64,000 bases of DNA from Tubulanus polymorphus (taxonomy: Eukaryota > Animalia > Nemertea): assembly GCF_964204645.1 (NCBI RefSeq), contig NC_134033.1, positions 6,720,231 through 6,784,230 on the forward strand, in the 5' to 3' direction. The position numbers and the translations under genes are program-made. The first letter of the stretch is position 1; the number at the start of each line of letters is the position of its first letter. Below, piece by piece: positions 27,946 to 39,660 of the stretch. Under the pieces are notes generated by a model. That model searched no databases, was not told where the DNA came from, and saw only the letters and a program-made list of their open reading frames with translations.

Positions 27946-29990
27946 CTAAGTGATCCCTATAGCTGTTAGTATATAGTGACTAAGGAGTTTATTTTGGGGG
28001 GAGAAACCTAAATTGGAATTGACTGTGAAGTCAGAGTTTTTTAGAATAATAGCTGACTCAAGGATTCGACGTTTATATAAATCAGAACAAGGGTATATCA
28101 ACTGGCTAGAGAAGTCAAAAATATGGCCAGTTTCAAATGTGTGTGAAAAAATAGCACTCTGTGGTTTGGCATTTACAACATCTTTTTGGTGTTCTTTTTT
28201 ACGTATATGATCGTCCTGTTTCACCTATATAGAATTTATCACATTTACCACGAGGTATTTTATAAACTCCGCAGTCAATAGTATTATCTTTAGGTTTATT
28301 GGAACTTAAGTTGTTGATAAGTTTATTATTATATTTGAAAACTACTCCAATATCACACGCGCCTAAAGGTTTTTTAAACCGACTAAAGGAAGGAATATAT
28401 GGGACAACTAAGCATTTTTCAAACTTGTGGGAACGGGAAGCCTCATTATTTCTGGAAATACCGAAAAATCTTAATCTAGCTTTCTTATGGGCACGATTTA
28501 AAAAATGTGTAGGGTAAGCTAATTTAGACAAAGATTCAAATATATGTTTAATTTCATCTTGCAAGAATTCATCGCTACATGTTTTATAGGCTCTCAATAA
28601 CAGATTTGAAGCGACCCCAAGTTTGATATTTAATTCAGTAAATGAGAAGAAATGAAGATATGATTCAGCATGAGATGGCTTCCGATAGACGGAAAATCTT
28701 AACATGTTTAGGCAATTGTGGATTAGAACATCAAGAAAAGGGATTTTTCCATCAACTTCTAATTCAAATGTGAATTTCAAACTGGGATATAAGGAGTTGA
28801 GATAATATAAGAAGGAATCGATGTTAAAATTGTCATTTACAAGGCATAATATGTCATCGACATATCGAAACCAAAATTGTGGTAAAATACCATTATAGAG
28901 TGGGAGCAGTTCAGATTCAACATGTTCAAGGAAAAGGCAGGATAAAATAGGTGAAAGTGGGTTTCCCATACTCATGCCATATATTTGTTTGAAAAATGTT
29001 TCATCAAATTGGAAGAAAGAACTTCCAACACATAAGTCAATCAATTCAAAAATACAATTGACTGGCATATCTAAACTGCTAGAAATATCAGGTAATTTGC
29101 CGTTTTAGAAAATCCATAGTGGGTCCAATAGGTACATTAGTAAATAAAGATTTCGCATCAAATGAAATGAATTTACAGCCCTGAGGATTATAATCTTTAA
29201 GTCTGTCCATAAGATCAGCACTATGTTTAAGATGTGATTCAGAAAACGTACCAAGTAATGGTGATAATAGTTTAGCAAGGTATTTGGATAGTTTATATGA
29301 CGGCGAGTTCCGTGTAGAAACAATGGGTCTCAGAGGGGTCCCTTCTTTATGAATCTTAGGTAAACCATAAATATAAGGGAGTGATGGTAATTTGGAAATG
29401 AATTTAGAAAGTTTGTCTTTAACATCGGGATATCGATCTCTGATGTTATTAAGCTGGCGATTGTAGGTAGATTGAAATTGGTTTAAAGGGTTTTTATCAA
29501 GTCTTTTATAGATACAGGAATCGCTGAGTAAAGTTTCCATTTTCTGTTTATATGTAACAACGTCTTGTATGACTATTTTTCCGCCTTTATCAGCTTTAGA
29601 AATACGAATATTAGTTAATTTCTTCAATTCACTAATAGCTATTATAAACCGTCTGGGAAGATAATTATTAATATCATTAGAAAGATGGTTGAATATATCA
29701 CCAATGTTCATAAAGATGAAGTTCCCTTCAATGCTTTTCTCAGGTAGATAGTCCATAGTAGAAATAAAGTCAAAGAAATCTTTTCTCGTGTGAGGCATGG
29801 AGAAGTTCAATCCATATCCTAAAACTTGCATTTGATGTTCTGTCAATTTAGTGGAGGATAAGTTAATCACATTTTCCGAGTTGCTTAATTTGGTCCAATA
29901 GCTTTTCTTGATGAGGTTCGCGAGTAGATCTTCATAATGTGATATCTTTTTGTTTCTTTGAAATTTTTGAACTGAGTCTAGTACACCCAT
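27946..29990 (-). pseudogene. Penelope RT + GIY-YIG endonuclease polyprotein, frameshifted (ORF pieces 29088-29990, 28199-29068, 27946-28224)
   Basis: Motifs KADKG, YGLPKIHK..PLRPIVS, SFDAKSLFTNVP, GMSMGNPLSP, FRYVDD, PFLDV, VYRKP, GVYKIP..CDKFYIGETGR, KEH, RRILES. Confidence 0.95.
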
Positions 29991-30011
29991 GAGTGATGTC
30001 CAGATGAAAAA

Positions 30012-30606
30012 GAATCTTTGTCTAAATTAGCTTACCCTACACATTTTTTAAATCGTGCCCATAAGAAAGCTAGATTAAGATTTTTCGGTATTTCCAGAAA
30101 TAATTAGGCTTCCCGTTCCCATAAGTTTGAAAAATGCTTAGTTGTCCCATATATTCCTTCCCTTAGTCGGTTTAAAAAACCTTCAGGCGCGTGTGATATT
30201 GGAGTAGTTTTCAAATATAATAATAAACTTATCAACAACTTAAGTTCCAATAAACCTAAAGATAATACTATTGACTGCGGAGTTTATAAAATACCTCGTG
30301 GTAAATGTGATAAATTCTATATAGGTGAAACAGGACGATCATATACGTAAAAAAGAACACCAAAAAGACGTCATAAATGCCAAACCACAGAGTGCTATTT
30401 TTTCACACACATTTGAAACTGGCCATATTTTTGACTTCTCCTCTAGCCAGTTGATATACCCTTGTTCTGATTTATATAAACGTCGAATCCTTGAGTCAGC
30501 TATTATTCTAAAAAACTCTGACTTCACAGTCAATTCCAATCTAGGTTTCTCCCCCCAAAATAAACTCCTTAGTCACTATATACTAACAGCTATAGGGATC
30601 ACTTAG
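30012..30606 (+). pseudogene. Inverted duplicate of Penelope RT C-terminus and GIY-YIG endonuclease
   Basis: The 30325-30606 ORF is almost identical to 27946-28224. Confidence 0.93.
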
Positions 30607-30652
30607 TTACCTTGTTGCTATATTTTGTATTGTTCTAACTGTATAATAAATT

Positions 30653-30698
30653 TAGTTTTTGATAATGGCTCATAGAATTGAGTTGAAACGTTAAGCTA
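30653..30698 (+). ncRNA. Minimal type I hammerhead ribozyme motif (U3-A8 variant)
   Basis: Stem I TAGTTT/AAGCTA, core TTGATAA, stem II GGCTCA-TAGAAT-TGAGTT, then GAAA and a palindromic AACGTT stem III. Confidence 0.65.
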
Positions 30699-30732
30699 CA
30701 AGATAGTTTTTTCTCTTTATTGTGGGTTTTAT

Positions 30733-30752
30733 CATGGACTCTAGAGTCCATG
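30733..30752. mobile_element. 20-bp palindromic insertion with 7-bp TSD (P/Galileo-like remnant)
   Basis: GTTTTAT|CATGGACTCTAGAGTCCATG|GTTTTAT; absent from the mirror Penelope arm at ~27820. Confidence 0.75.
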
Positions 30753-31304
30753 GTTTTATCTATTATTGATATTGGACAGCCACTTGTCTATGGAAACCAA
30801 TGTGACATATTGATCAACCCTCAGTTGTTCATGCGTCACATAAATAAACCACTTCTCCCTGTGTAGCTGATGCCTAAAGTCCAGCAGAATCCTCAACGTC
30901 GGGAGGCAGTCCCACAAATCAGAGATAAGCTGTTGTAATGTTCAGCTGAGTAGGCATAACCTGGGACCATCGATTTTGGTCCAACTTATGCCTATTCCGA
31001 GTTAAGCTCATTTGTAAAATTTGCTATTTTTCGTATGATAAGTTAAGCATACGCTAAAGGAAGACGTGCTTGTGATAGATACATAATATACCATATGATT
31101 TTCATTCTTTGAAAATAAATGCGGTGACCAAAAAATATGTTCGTTGTAACCGGTAGTTCGTTATATCCAGCATGAAATTAATGATATTTTCGTACTAGGG
31201 ACGAAATTTAATTGTTATATCTGATAAATAATTGTATCCGAGTTCATTTTAACGAGGTTCCGCAGTAGAATATTTTCTCTAGTTTTAGAATTATCATTTT
31301 CATA

Positions 31305-31583
31305 AGCCGCGATCACACGAGCGTTTTTGGCCCAGGCCAAATTTTGCCCGACCAGAAACGTTGTACCAAGCCTGAGCCAAATTTTAGCACTTGACAAATG
31401 ATAGCGTTTGAATTGCAACTGGTACCGGAAATGACCTACTTTGCTTTATTTGAGCATTGTTTAATAACGAGTGAATGGTTTTCGTGTAAACGTGCTCTCT
31501 AAATTAGGCACGGGCCAAATTGGTCTCAGGGCCTGACCCGTGCCAATTTGGCCGGGCCAAATCATTTACGTGTGATCGCGGCT
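31305..31583. mobile_element. Harbinger-like MITE
   Basis: AGCCGCGATCACACG...CGTGTGATCGCGGCT inverted termini. Confidence 0.7.
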
Positions 31584-33119
31584 ACATACATGTAGCTTGA
31601 CATAAAAATTTTATTCAAGCGACAGGCGTTGCGAATCTTCGAGCTAAAATACCAATGCCAGCTTCAATCCTATCGTGTTTCGTTTACAACGTATTAGGGG
31701 AGGGGGAGGAGTAAATGCAATTGTGTACTGTAATGCTTAATTTAGATGAAAATAAGGCCGATTTTATGTACGGGGGGGGGGGGGGTTATCGGGGTTGACT
31801 GTACATGGTATTACTGAGCTAATCCCGTGGCCATAACTTGAAAATGGATCGAAGGAACTTGTCTGTTAATGTTTAATACTGATACTTATTCATTAAAAGT
31901 CCTGCCACCTATGCGTTGTCTGAAGCACGTATTCTGTTAAGACGGATCGTGAAATCTTTTATCCTACTTAGCTAAACATATAGAAATGTACTACAATTTC
32001 TCAATTGGACGGAGATATTTTATCCAAGTCCGATTATAATTTGTGCTATCTTATTCCCAAATGGCCCGGAACTTCAGGTATTGTCTGACGTATGTGCCTA
32101 TATCCGAGTTGAGCGTTTCTGACATATGCGTAATCTCCTTAATATAGGCGTCATATGATGTTCAAGTCATCTCCATTTGGGTGCTTATCGTGTATTTCAA
32201 TGAGGTTTTGACAGATGCTACTGTGCAAAACTGGGTTACTCAGTTTTTGCATTTCAATTTCTATTAGGCATATTTCAATTAAATTTAATTCACTTTTCGC
32301 ATTATTATATGAATCAACTTTCAATGAAATCAATTCCATACGTGAGTGGGAAAGTCAGTCTTTTTATCTACAGGGCAAGTGTGAAGTCCGATTGAATTGT
32401 TTGATCAAGTTTGGTTTCGGGAGCCTAACAATCCAGTTAAATTGAATTTCGATTGACCGATCTTCGCAATGTATGATGATGATGCGATAAATCTAATTAC
32501 ATGTACATGTACCCTGCCATATCCATGGTATTTGGAAGAATTTCGTACGTATTTAGGAAACAGAAAAATAAAGACATCTTAAAAACATGTGTTTTCAATT
32601 GAGTTAGCCCCTGTGTTCAAGATAATGCCAGTAACTCTTGTACGTAGTCACTTAGAATATGTCATCAAACTTTTGATAATCCCAAGTAAAGCCATCGTTG
32701 TGGGTGATGATGTGTTCTGTCATTATGTCCTGAGATATTTGGGTTAGGGGATTTACATTTATTTGTATTAAAAAAAAAGCAAATGATATTGAACGACAAT
32801 GTACGTATGTACATATTTTTGTATGAAAGAAAATTTTGTGTACATAATAATACAAGAAATATCGATGTTGAATACATAAATAAATGAATAAACTCTGAGA
32901 GAATGCGTTTATTGAACTGTATCGTGGCTAGTATTATGACTGCTCCATGAGTATAGCGGGCGAGTGGTGAACAAAATGTTTGATCCCGGAAAGCCAGGTC
33001 GTGGTTCTAACCCCAATTTCAATTATACCGTATTGTCCTAGGGGAAGGCATTTGTCCTCATTGCCTCTCTCACCCAGGACTAGATGAGTACCTGGCCTGA
33101 TACAGACAGGACTCTGGAA

Positions 33120-33278
33120 CAGTGGAACCCCATCGTAACAGCGAAATTCACGGGACCAGAAAATAAGTTCGTTATATCCAGTGTGAAAATAATTGAATTT
33201 TCTTATTCGGGACGAAATTCTATATTTGTTATATCCGACGAATCGTTGTATCCGGGTTCGTTTAACAAGGTTCCACTG
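33120..33278. mobile_element. pogo/Tigger-like MITE
   Basis: CAGTGGAACC...GGTTCCACTG|TA; related GTTATATCC motifs also at ~31150-31265 and ~34870-35010. Confidence 0.6.
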
Positions 33279-33555
33279 TACTCTTAACTCGAATCTTATG
33301 AAGTCGAAAAACTCTGTTCAACTTGAAATTGATTTTTCTGCCTCCTATGTTCATACTTTAAAGTACTACGCAAAAATGCTTTACTGTTTCTTGAAACACA
33401 AGACGTCACCACAAGACATGATAACGCTGCCTATATGGAACGTTCGTCGTGTTTACTATTATACCTCCGCGGACCTGACTGTATTACCCGGTCTAAGCTA
33501 CGAGCAATTATCTGAACAGAGTTATCTGAATTATCTGATTGCTCGTAGGTCTAAG

Positions 33556-33610
33556 CATGGACGCATAAACTAGATTATAATATACGTATAATCTAGTTTA
33601 TACATCCATG
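33556..33610. mobile_element. 55-bp palindromic insertion with 7-bp TSD (P/Galileo-like MITE)
   Basis: GTCTAAG|CATGGA...ATAAACTAGATTATA..TATAATCTAGTTTAT...TCCATG|GTCTAAG. Confidence 0.75.
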
Positions 33611-34699
33611 GTCTAAGTCACTTCTCAATAGCGTGCGGTAGACAATCAAGAGGTGTGCCGTGCGGACGACATGGACGCGGCCTCCGGCGTCTTCTTCTCG
33701 GCGCTTCCCGTTTATTGGCGTCCGGCATGTTACGTCGGAATGCGGCTAAAGAATATCCCGTTAAAGGCCTTCGTTCAATATGTCGTTACTCGTAAAAAAC
33801 CGACTTCCTTTCGCTATATATTTTGATGAGATTTCCCTGTTCTTGTAATGGGATACCGGCAATGCTCTGAGGGAAGCGAGGATTCAGCGATATCCGCCAG
33901 GGTCGCTAGGTTTTTCCGTAAAAATTACCTACACATTCAAATACCTTTCGGAACCTTGACGTTTTAAAAAATCCAACTTTGAAGCTGGCTAAATTTATCA
34001 AATTAGGTCTAGATGTGTATAGATCCCCCGGCAGTATGTAAATAATATGTTGTTGTTAACGTTTGTTATGTTTTAAAACACCTTTATTTCCCGTTTTTGT
34101 AAATAATTGTAACAGTTTTTTTCCTCCATATACCATGGAAATGGTTGGAGTGTAATTAACATTCGTATTCGTATTTGTATTCGTACCACGTTCAATTTCT
34201 GCAATTAAATTCGCGCCAACTTCTCTGATTATCAAATCGACTTTTTAGTGAAATCTACAACCGAGTGGGAAAGGGAATCCTATATGTATTCTATGACTCG
34301 TTTGATAATTTCCGGATTTGAAAGCCTAAAAACTTTCATTGAAAATGAACTACTATTTTTCAATGCGAATGACACTGTTTTGTTGTGCCTGGGTGGTGCC
34401 GATATCCCATTAGATCATGGAGCTCTCGAGTACCCAATAGATCTGTGAACTTTGTCTTAAATTTTGTGAATCGAATACAAAACATCAAACTTGTCGAGTA
34501 TTGTCTAACATGCGGTGTTCACGAAATCAGTCGTCTGCATAGTCACAGCCGACCAGCAGGCCCCAGATGCCATCTACTGTTAGACCATGACCATCATCTG
34601 TCATCAATCATTGTCCGTTAGCTGAAGATAAACAGGAATCAGGCTAACGCCTATCAAACGCCATTTGGCCATATCTACTAGACACGCGCTATCATTTTT

Positions 34700-34743
34700 T
34701 TCGCAGTAGTCAGTCGAAGACATATAGAACAAAAATGGTGAGT
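34700..34743 (+). other. Possible first exon ending at ATG (AAAAATG|GTGAGT) of an unidentified downstream gene
   Basis: A-rich Kozak context with ATG at 34735-34737 directly followed by a consensus donor; no downstream exons identified. Confidence 0.25.
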
Positions 34744-36571
34744 CTTTACCTTTTGTTTTATATTTCGTATTTGAATCGATCAGGAAATGAGTGTTGCACC
34801 ACAGTTGCTGAAAAAGGTCTTAGAATCCCAGGCATACCATTTCGAAAGTTACTGTTCATGTGGATGGACCTCGTTACAGGGGAAATCTGTGTTAGTCAAA
34901 ACCAATAAGTTCTATCCAGCATGAAGTTATTAAAATTCTTTATGCTACGTGGGACGAATTTGTGATATCAATAGATCGTTATTTCCATGGTCATTACAAC
35001 AACGTTCCTCTGGTAAGGAGTAAGAATTCAAAGATATTACGGGAATGATCAAATTAAGTTTCTCCATACTAAAATTCTTATCGAGATTGTCGGAAAAAAT
35101 GGCTAAGGTTTTACGTAGAATGATCGCATCTTTTAACCATAGATTTTATTTTCTTTATACATAATCATACAAAATAACATGACAAATTATCCACAAATCG
35201 CCCAAGGACATTATATGTGGTTGAAAAGAGTTAATTAAAGTAGAATATAGATACAGATGACTTCAACTATCTTATGATTTCAGGTTAATTATTTTGATAG
35301 AAGAGAAAAATGCCTGCTTTGCTAGTTCTGCCTGGAGTCTAGTTAAATACCTCAGTTTTAAACTTAGTTTTGATTTAATTCAGCATTTACATGTACAATA
35401 GAAATTATGTATAAATATGTGTGTAACTTTCTAGTATATAGGACGGTAGTTTTTGGTCAAAGACCTTGCGGTTTACTTGACTAGCTTGTAGTTTAACTCA
35501 GAATTTAAATATCTATGACCATTTAATAGAAAGTCTAACCGGTTCTTTATACTCAGGTTCTCATACAATTGAAGTACCCGTAGATCGTTTTCTTCTAGGA
35601 AGACATGGAGTTCATTCGATACCGCGATACGGGCGGGTCTACGACACTTTACAAAAAGATTTGCGGTGTCGAATCGTTCCCTACATTACCCGCAGAGAAA
35701 ATCGAAATCACTAAAGTTATGCATATAAAAATGGTAAGGTAGTAGAAAATCTACCCGAAGCCTGTTAAGACTGATCTCTTCTTTGCGACTAAGAGATTTA
35801 ATTGAAAGGGTACTAGTGGTAATTTGGTTAGATATAGTCGTATTCCTAGATTTGAACTGAGATATGGTTCCAGACCCACGGGTAGGTAATCAATGCTATT
35901 CCAAAGTGACATGAGGTAAAAAGCAGGTGACGAGCGGATTTTAGAAGATTGGAGAGCAGGAAAGGTGAACGACGTTCGCTCACGAAGAGTGCGAACAGGG
36001 ATCGACTTATAATTGCTGAAAATTTGTGATACATATAGGGGGCGGTTTTCTGCGAACTTTAAACATATAAATTCCCATACGTTTCTTCTTGCGGATTCCA
36101 AGTGATTTCCAATTTAGTATATCAAAAATTTTATTTGTATTATTGTATTGTAAACTCTGTAACAATCTTTTATGCAAATAAATCATATCATTAGACCCAT
36201 GGAGACACCCAGAGACCAAAGTAGCTGCTCTGCAATGTAGTCTTTGCAGGCAATGTGGACAATATAAATGATTTATAGATGGTGTTTAAGTGGGATGATT
36301 TGATAGATTTAGTCAATGGTTTTATGGGATTTAACAGTTTTTGAACTTTGTTTTCTAGCTACAGAACGTGTGCAGAGTAGGTGAGATTGTGATCAAGAAC
36401 AAATCCTAGATGTTTATGAGAGTTTTTGTGGAATAACATAGTCATATACAATTAAGGGGATATAGTTCCTAGTGCCTCTTTTTGTAAACGTAATATCACA
36501 GCTCTTTGAAGGTTTAAATTTGAGACCCCATAAGGCCGACCATTTAGCTATTTTTCTAATATCATCCTGGA

Positions 36572-37228
36572 CGTATCGGCCCCACTCCGCGCGGTTGCGC
36601 CACCGCACGGGATTTACGCGAAGCAGCAAACACAAACATGGCCACTCTCTCAATTTTCAATGATAGAAATAGTGTGTGCATTTCAATTATTTCGGCTGTT
36701 AGGGTTTTAAGGCACAATATAAGTTGATGATGTGATATGGCGATGTTAATTAATGATAATTCCGCAGTGAAGCTAGTCACGAACGGTGCCGATTGAGTGT
36801 ACAGCTCCCAAAAACACTGAAATGTGCGTAGTTGCGTAACTATTTGCAGTGAATTGCAGACGAAACATGAAGCCTTAACGGCCGTTTAAAAAAAAATTAT
36901 ACCAATCGCAATTGTAAAATAAAAATGAGATAGAACCTAAGTTAAAATTCTGGCCATTTCTAAAATGTTATTACTAATTTTTAGTCAGTGCCGAACGTTT
37001 AGTTTTCCTACAATAATGAGGGGTGGTAGGTAGTCATGCAATTCAAGTCATCATTTATTACACGTTACTTCCGTGTTGTTGAAAATCTCGCGAGTCCTGG
37101 ACCAAACCCCATTGAACAATGTGATCTGTGTGTTGGCTACAAATGCACACAGATCACACTACTACCCATTACACACTCCAGTACCCACAGCTTTCATATA
37201 TCCATCCAAATATTTAGAGTGTCTTTCT
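36572..37228. mobile_element. Repeat family B, copy 1, inserted in the LINE RT
   Basis: Nearly identical to 46782-47370. Flanked by TCCTGGA direct repeats (36565-36571, 37229-37235); removing it restores the RT frame IANSIIQDDIRKIAKWS. Confidence 0.85.
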
Positions 37229-38071
37229 TCCTGGATAATGCTATTTGCAATTTGGGAGTTTTTTGGGTCGACTGGCATGTATAGGGAAGTGTCGTCAGCA
37301 TAGAGGTAAGTGTTTGATGATAGATTATCTGGGTCAATGTACAAAAGAAAAGGTATGGGCACCGAGCTATTAATGTATCCATCAGGTGATAATTTAGAAA
37401 GTGTACCATTTACTCGGACTCGAGTTTTGCGATTTTCTTGTTAGCTTCGTAAAAGTGCAAGTAATGTGCCGTTTATTCCATTAGGTTAATTTATGTAATA
37501 GTAAACGGTGAGGAATTGTATCAAAGGCAGCCGCCACATCTAAAAACACTGCCCGTACATCTAAATTTCTCATTTCTCTCAAACTGTTCATGAATATAGG
37601 AAGAAAGACTAAGGATTTGGTCAGATGTAGAGTGGGCAGGGAGAAAGCCCGATTGATTATTGTAAATGAGATTATTGGCTAGTGTGTTTTAGTAAAGGAT
37701 TGAAAATGACTCTTTCGAAGAGTTTTGATACCGTACTTAGAAGGGTAATCGGGCGATAGTTGTTGGGGTCATTACGGTTTTCCTTTTTATATATAACCGA
37801 AATTGATCCAAGTTTCCAGATATCTAGAAATTTTCCAGAAACGATTTGTTGTTAAAAAGTGCTGCCAATAGAGGGGGGACTAGGGGCTACAAGCTTAAGC
37901 ATTTTGTTTGTGATTCCATCGAGACCGTTTGCTTTATCCCTTTCAAGGGCGTTGATTATTGTCAGGACGTATGCAGACGACGTATGTTCTACAGCGATAT
38001 CGTTAAAACAACGGATAGGGAAATTGGGAAGGTGTTCGTATTCGCGGTTTAGGTGATACTTGTTCGAAAAT

Positions 38072-38319
38072 TAGACGAGAAGATACACAATATCCGTGTA
38101 TGATGATGACGAGAGAAATCCCACAATAACGAAGCCAAGATTGAAAAATTCTGTATCAGAATGATTGTATTTGAGGAGCGACGTTTCGGCTAACAACTGT
38201 TAGCCATCATGTTCTCAGTACGCCTGATGATAACAGTTGTTAGCCGAAACGTCGCTCCTCAAATACAATCATTCTGATATAGAATTTTTCAATCTTGGCT
38301 TCGTTATTGTGGGATTTCT
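38072..38319. mobile_element. Palindromic Penelope 3'-end mini-insertion with hammerhead motifs
   Basis: ~91-bp inverted arms (38112-38202, 38231-38321); CTGATGA...GAAACGTC core at 38224-38253; 13-bp TSD CTTGTTCGAAAAT (38059-38071, 38320-38332). Confidence 0.8.
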
Positions 38320-39660
38320 CTTGTTCGAAAATATTTTAAAGAAGAGATCAGCCTTATCAGCACCTGACATACATGTCACATTTTTATCGATATGCACTAC
38401 AAATTTGGTACAAATTTGTTGCCAAGTACTTTTTTATTATTTTCCAATATGATTTGGAGCTTTTATCCGAAGTTTCTAATTCTTTCAGAACTTTGGCATT
38501 GTAGTCAGCTTTAGTTCTCTTAATGAGATTATTGGCAATATTATTTTGATGTTGATATATTCACGATCCGCTATTAGAGCTGTATGTTTGTATTACCTAT
38601 AGTATTTATTCCTTAGTTTAATAGAATTCTTGATCTGTTCATTGATCCAAGGTTGGTCATTTTTCTTTCAATATAAGTTTAGTTGAGGACACGTGCCTGT
38701 TTATTATATCCATAAGCATAGTTGTAAATCGAACAACAGCTTGGTCACTGTCGTGGCATGCCAGAACAGGCTGCCAATTAGTATTGGCAACATCTTTGTT
38801 TAGAATGTCGACGTGGCATTTGTCATATTTCCACACAACCTTTATTGCTGATGGAGTCGATGAAAACCTATCCGGTAGCAAAAAAGAAATTGAACGATGG
38901 TCTGATACCTATTGGGGGAGAACTTTCCTCAGGTTTCTTCCCGGTGAGTCGGTTATCAGTGAGTCGATGCACCAGCTACTAGTGGGGGGTAATACGTATC
39001 GGCTCATTGATATACTGACATAGAGAAAGTTAATCTAATATTTCATTTATCTCGCGGCCTGCTGTGTCTGTAACGTCCCCATTTACACCAGCGATTATGT
39101 TTGGCGTTAAAATCACCAGAAACAAATAGCATTGTATTCATTTGGTTATTTATACTCTGTTGAACAGATGATAGTGTCGTCTTAAGTTGCATAATAAAAA
39201 GCCGCCTTTCAGCTGGTGTCTGGGATGGAGATCGGAAGTTAAAGCCAAACAATCACATTCATATTACGGTGTCTTATATTAAGCCAAACTCAATTTGGTG
39301 AATGACTCATAAGATCGTGTCGTATATTGAAGGTTACTGAGTTATGGATACAGACAAGCAGACCACGACTTTCAGCAGTGTAACAACCTATAAATGATCG
39401 CATTCTAAGGATGTATAACAAATAAACATTCATACTATTTCGTATCATCATATAAACTAGGGATGTTTGATACTTATATTATGACAACCCAACATGATTC
39501 ACTGAGTGATTTTAATATTTGAACACGTGAAGTAACTAATGAAACCTCTTGTATATCAAATGGTCTCGTGTACACACTAGAGAAAAGAAAGAAGTTTATC
39601 TTACATTTATTCCTACCACCCGTAGAAGTAGTAGCAGCAGCAGCAGCAGCAGCAGCAGCT

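Larger units (their letters stand above)
27815..30765. mobile_element. Penelope-like retroelement (5'-truncated, minus strand) joined to an inverted copy of its 3' ~0.73 kb
   Basis: RT plus GIY-YIG ORF on minus; 30012-30765 is the near-identical reverse complement of 27815-28537. Confidence 0.95.
35600..39500 (-). mobile_element. Decayed LINE (CR1/L2/Daphne-like) ORF2, endonuclease + RT, interrupted by two insertions
   Basis: Minus-strand motifs RSPSQ, GDFNAKH..W, SDHRSI, WKYDK, KADLF, NYRPITLLS, FLDVAAAFDTIPH, YADDTSLY, WGLKFKPSKS; many stops and frameshifts. Confidence 0.9.

Noticed and set aside
27801-30812. ATGTGACATATTG on both sides of the Penelope as a TSD
   Set aside because: The right copy is ~35 bp away from the element end; more likely a pre-existing local repeat.
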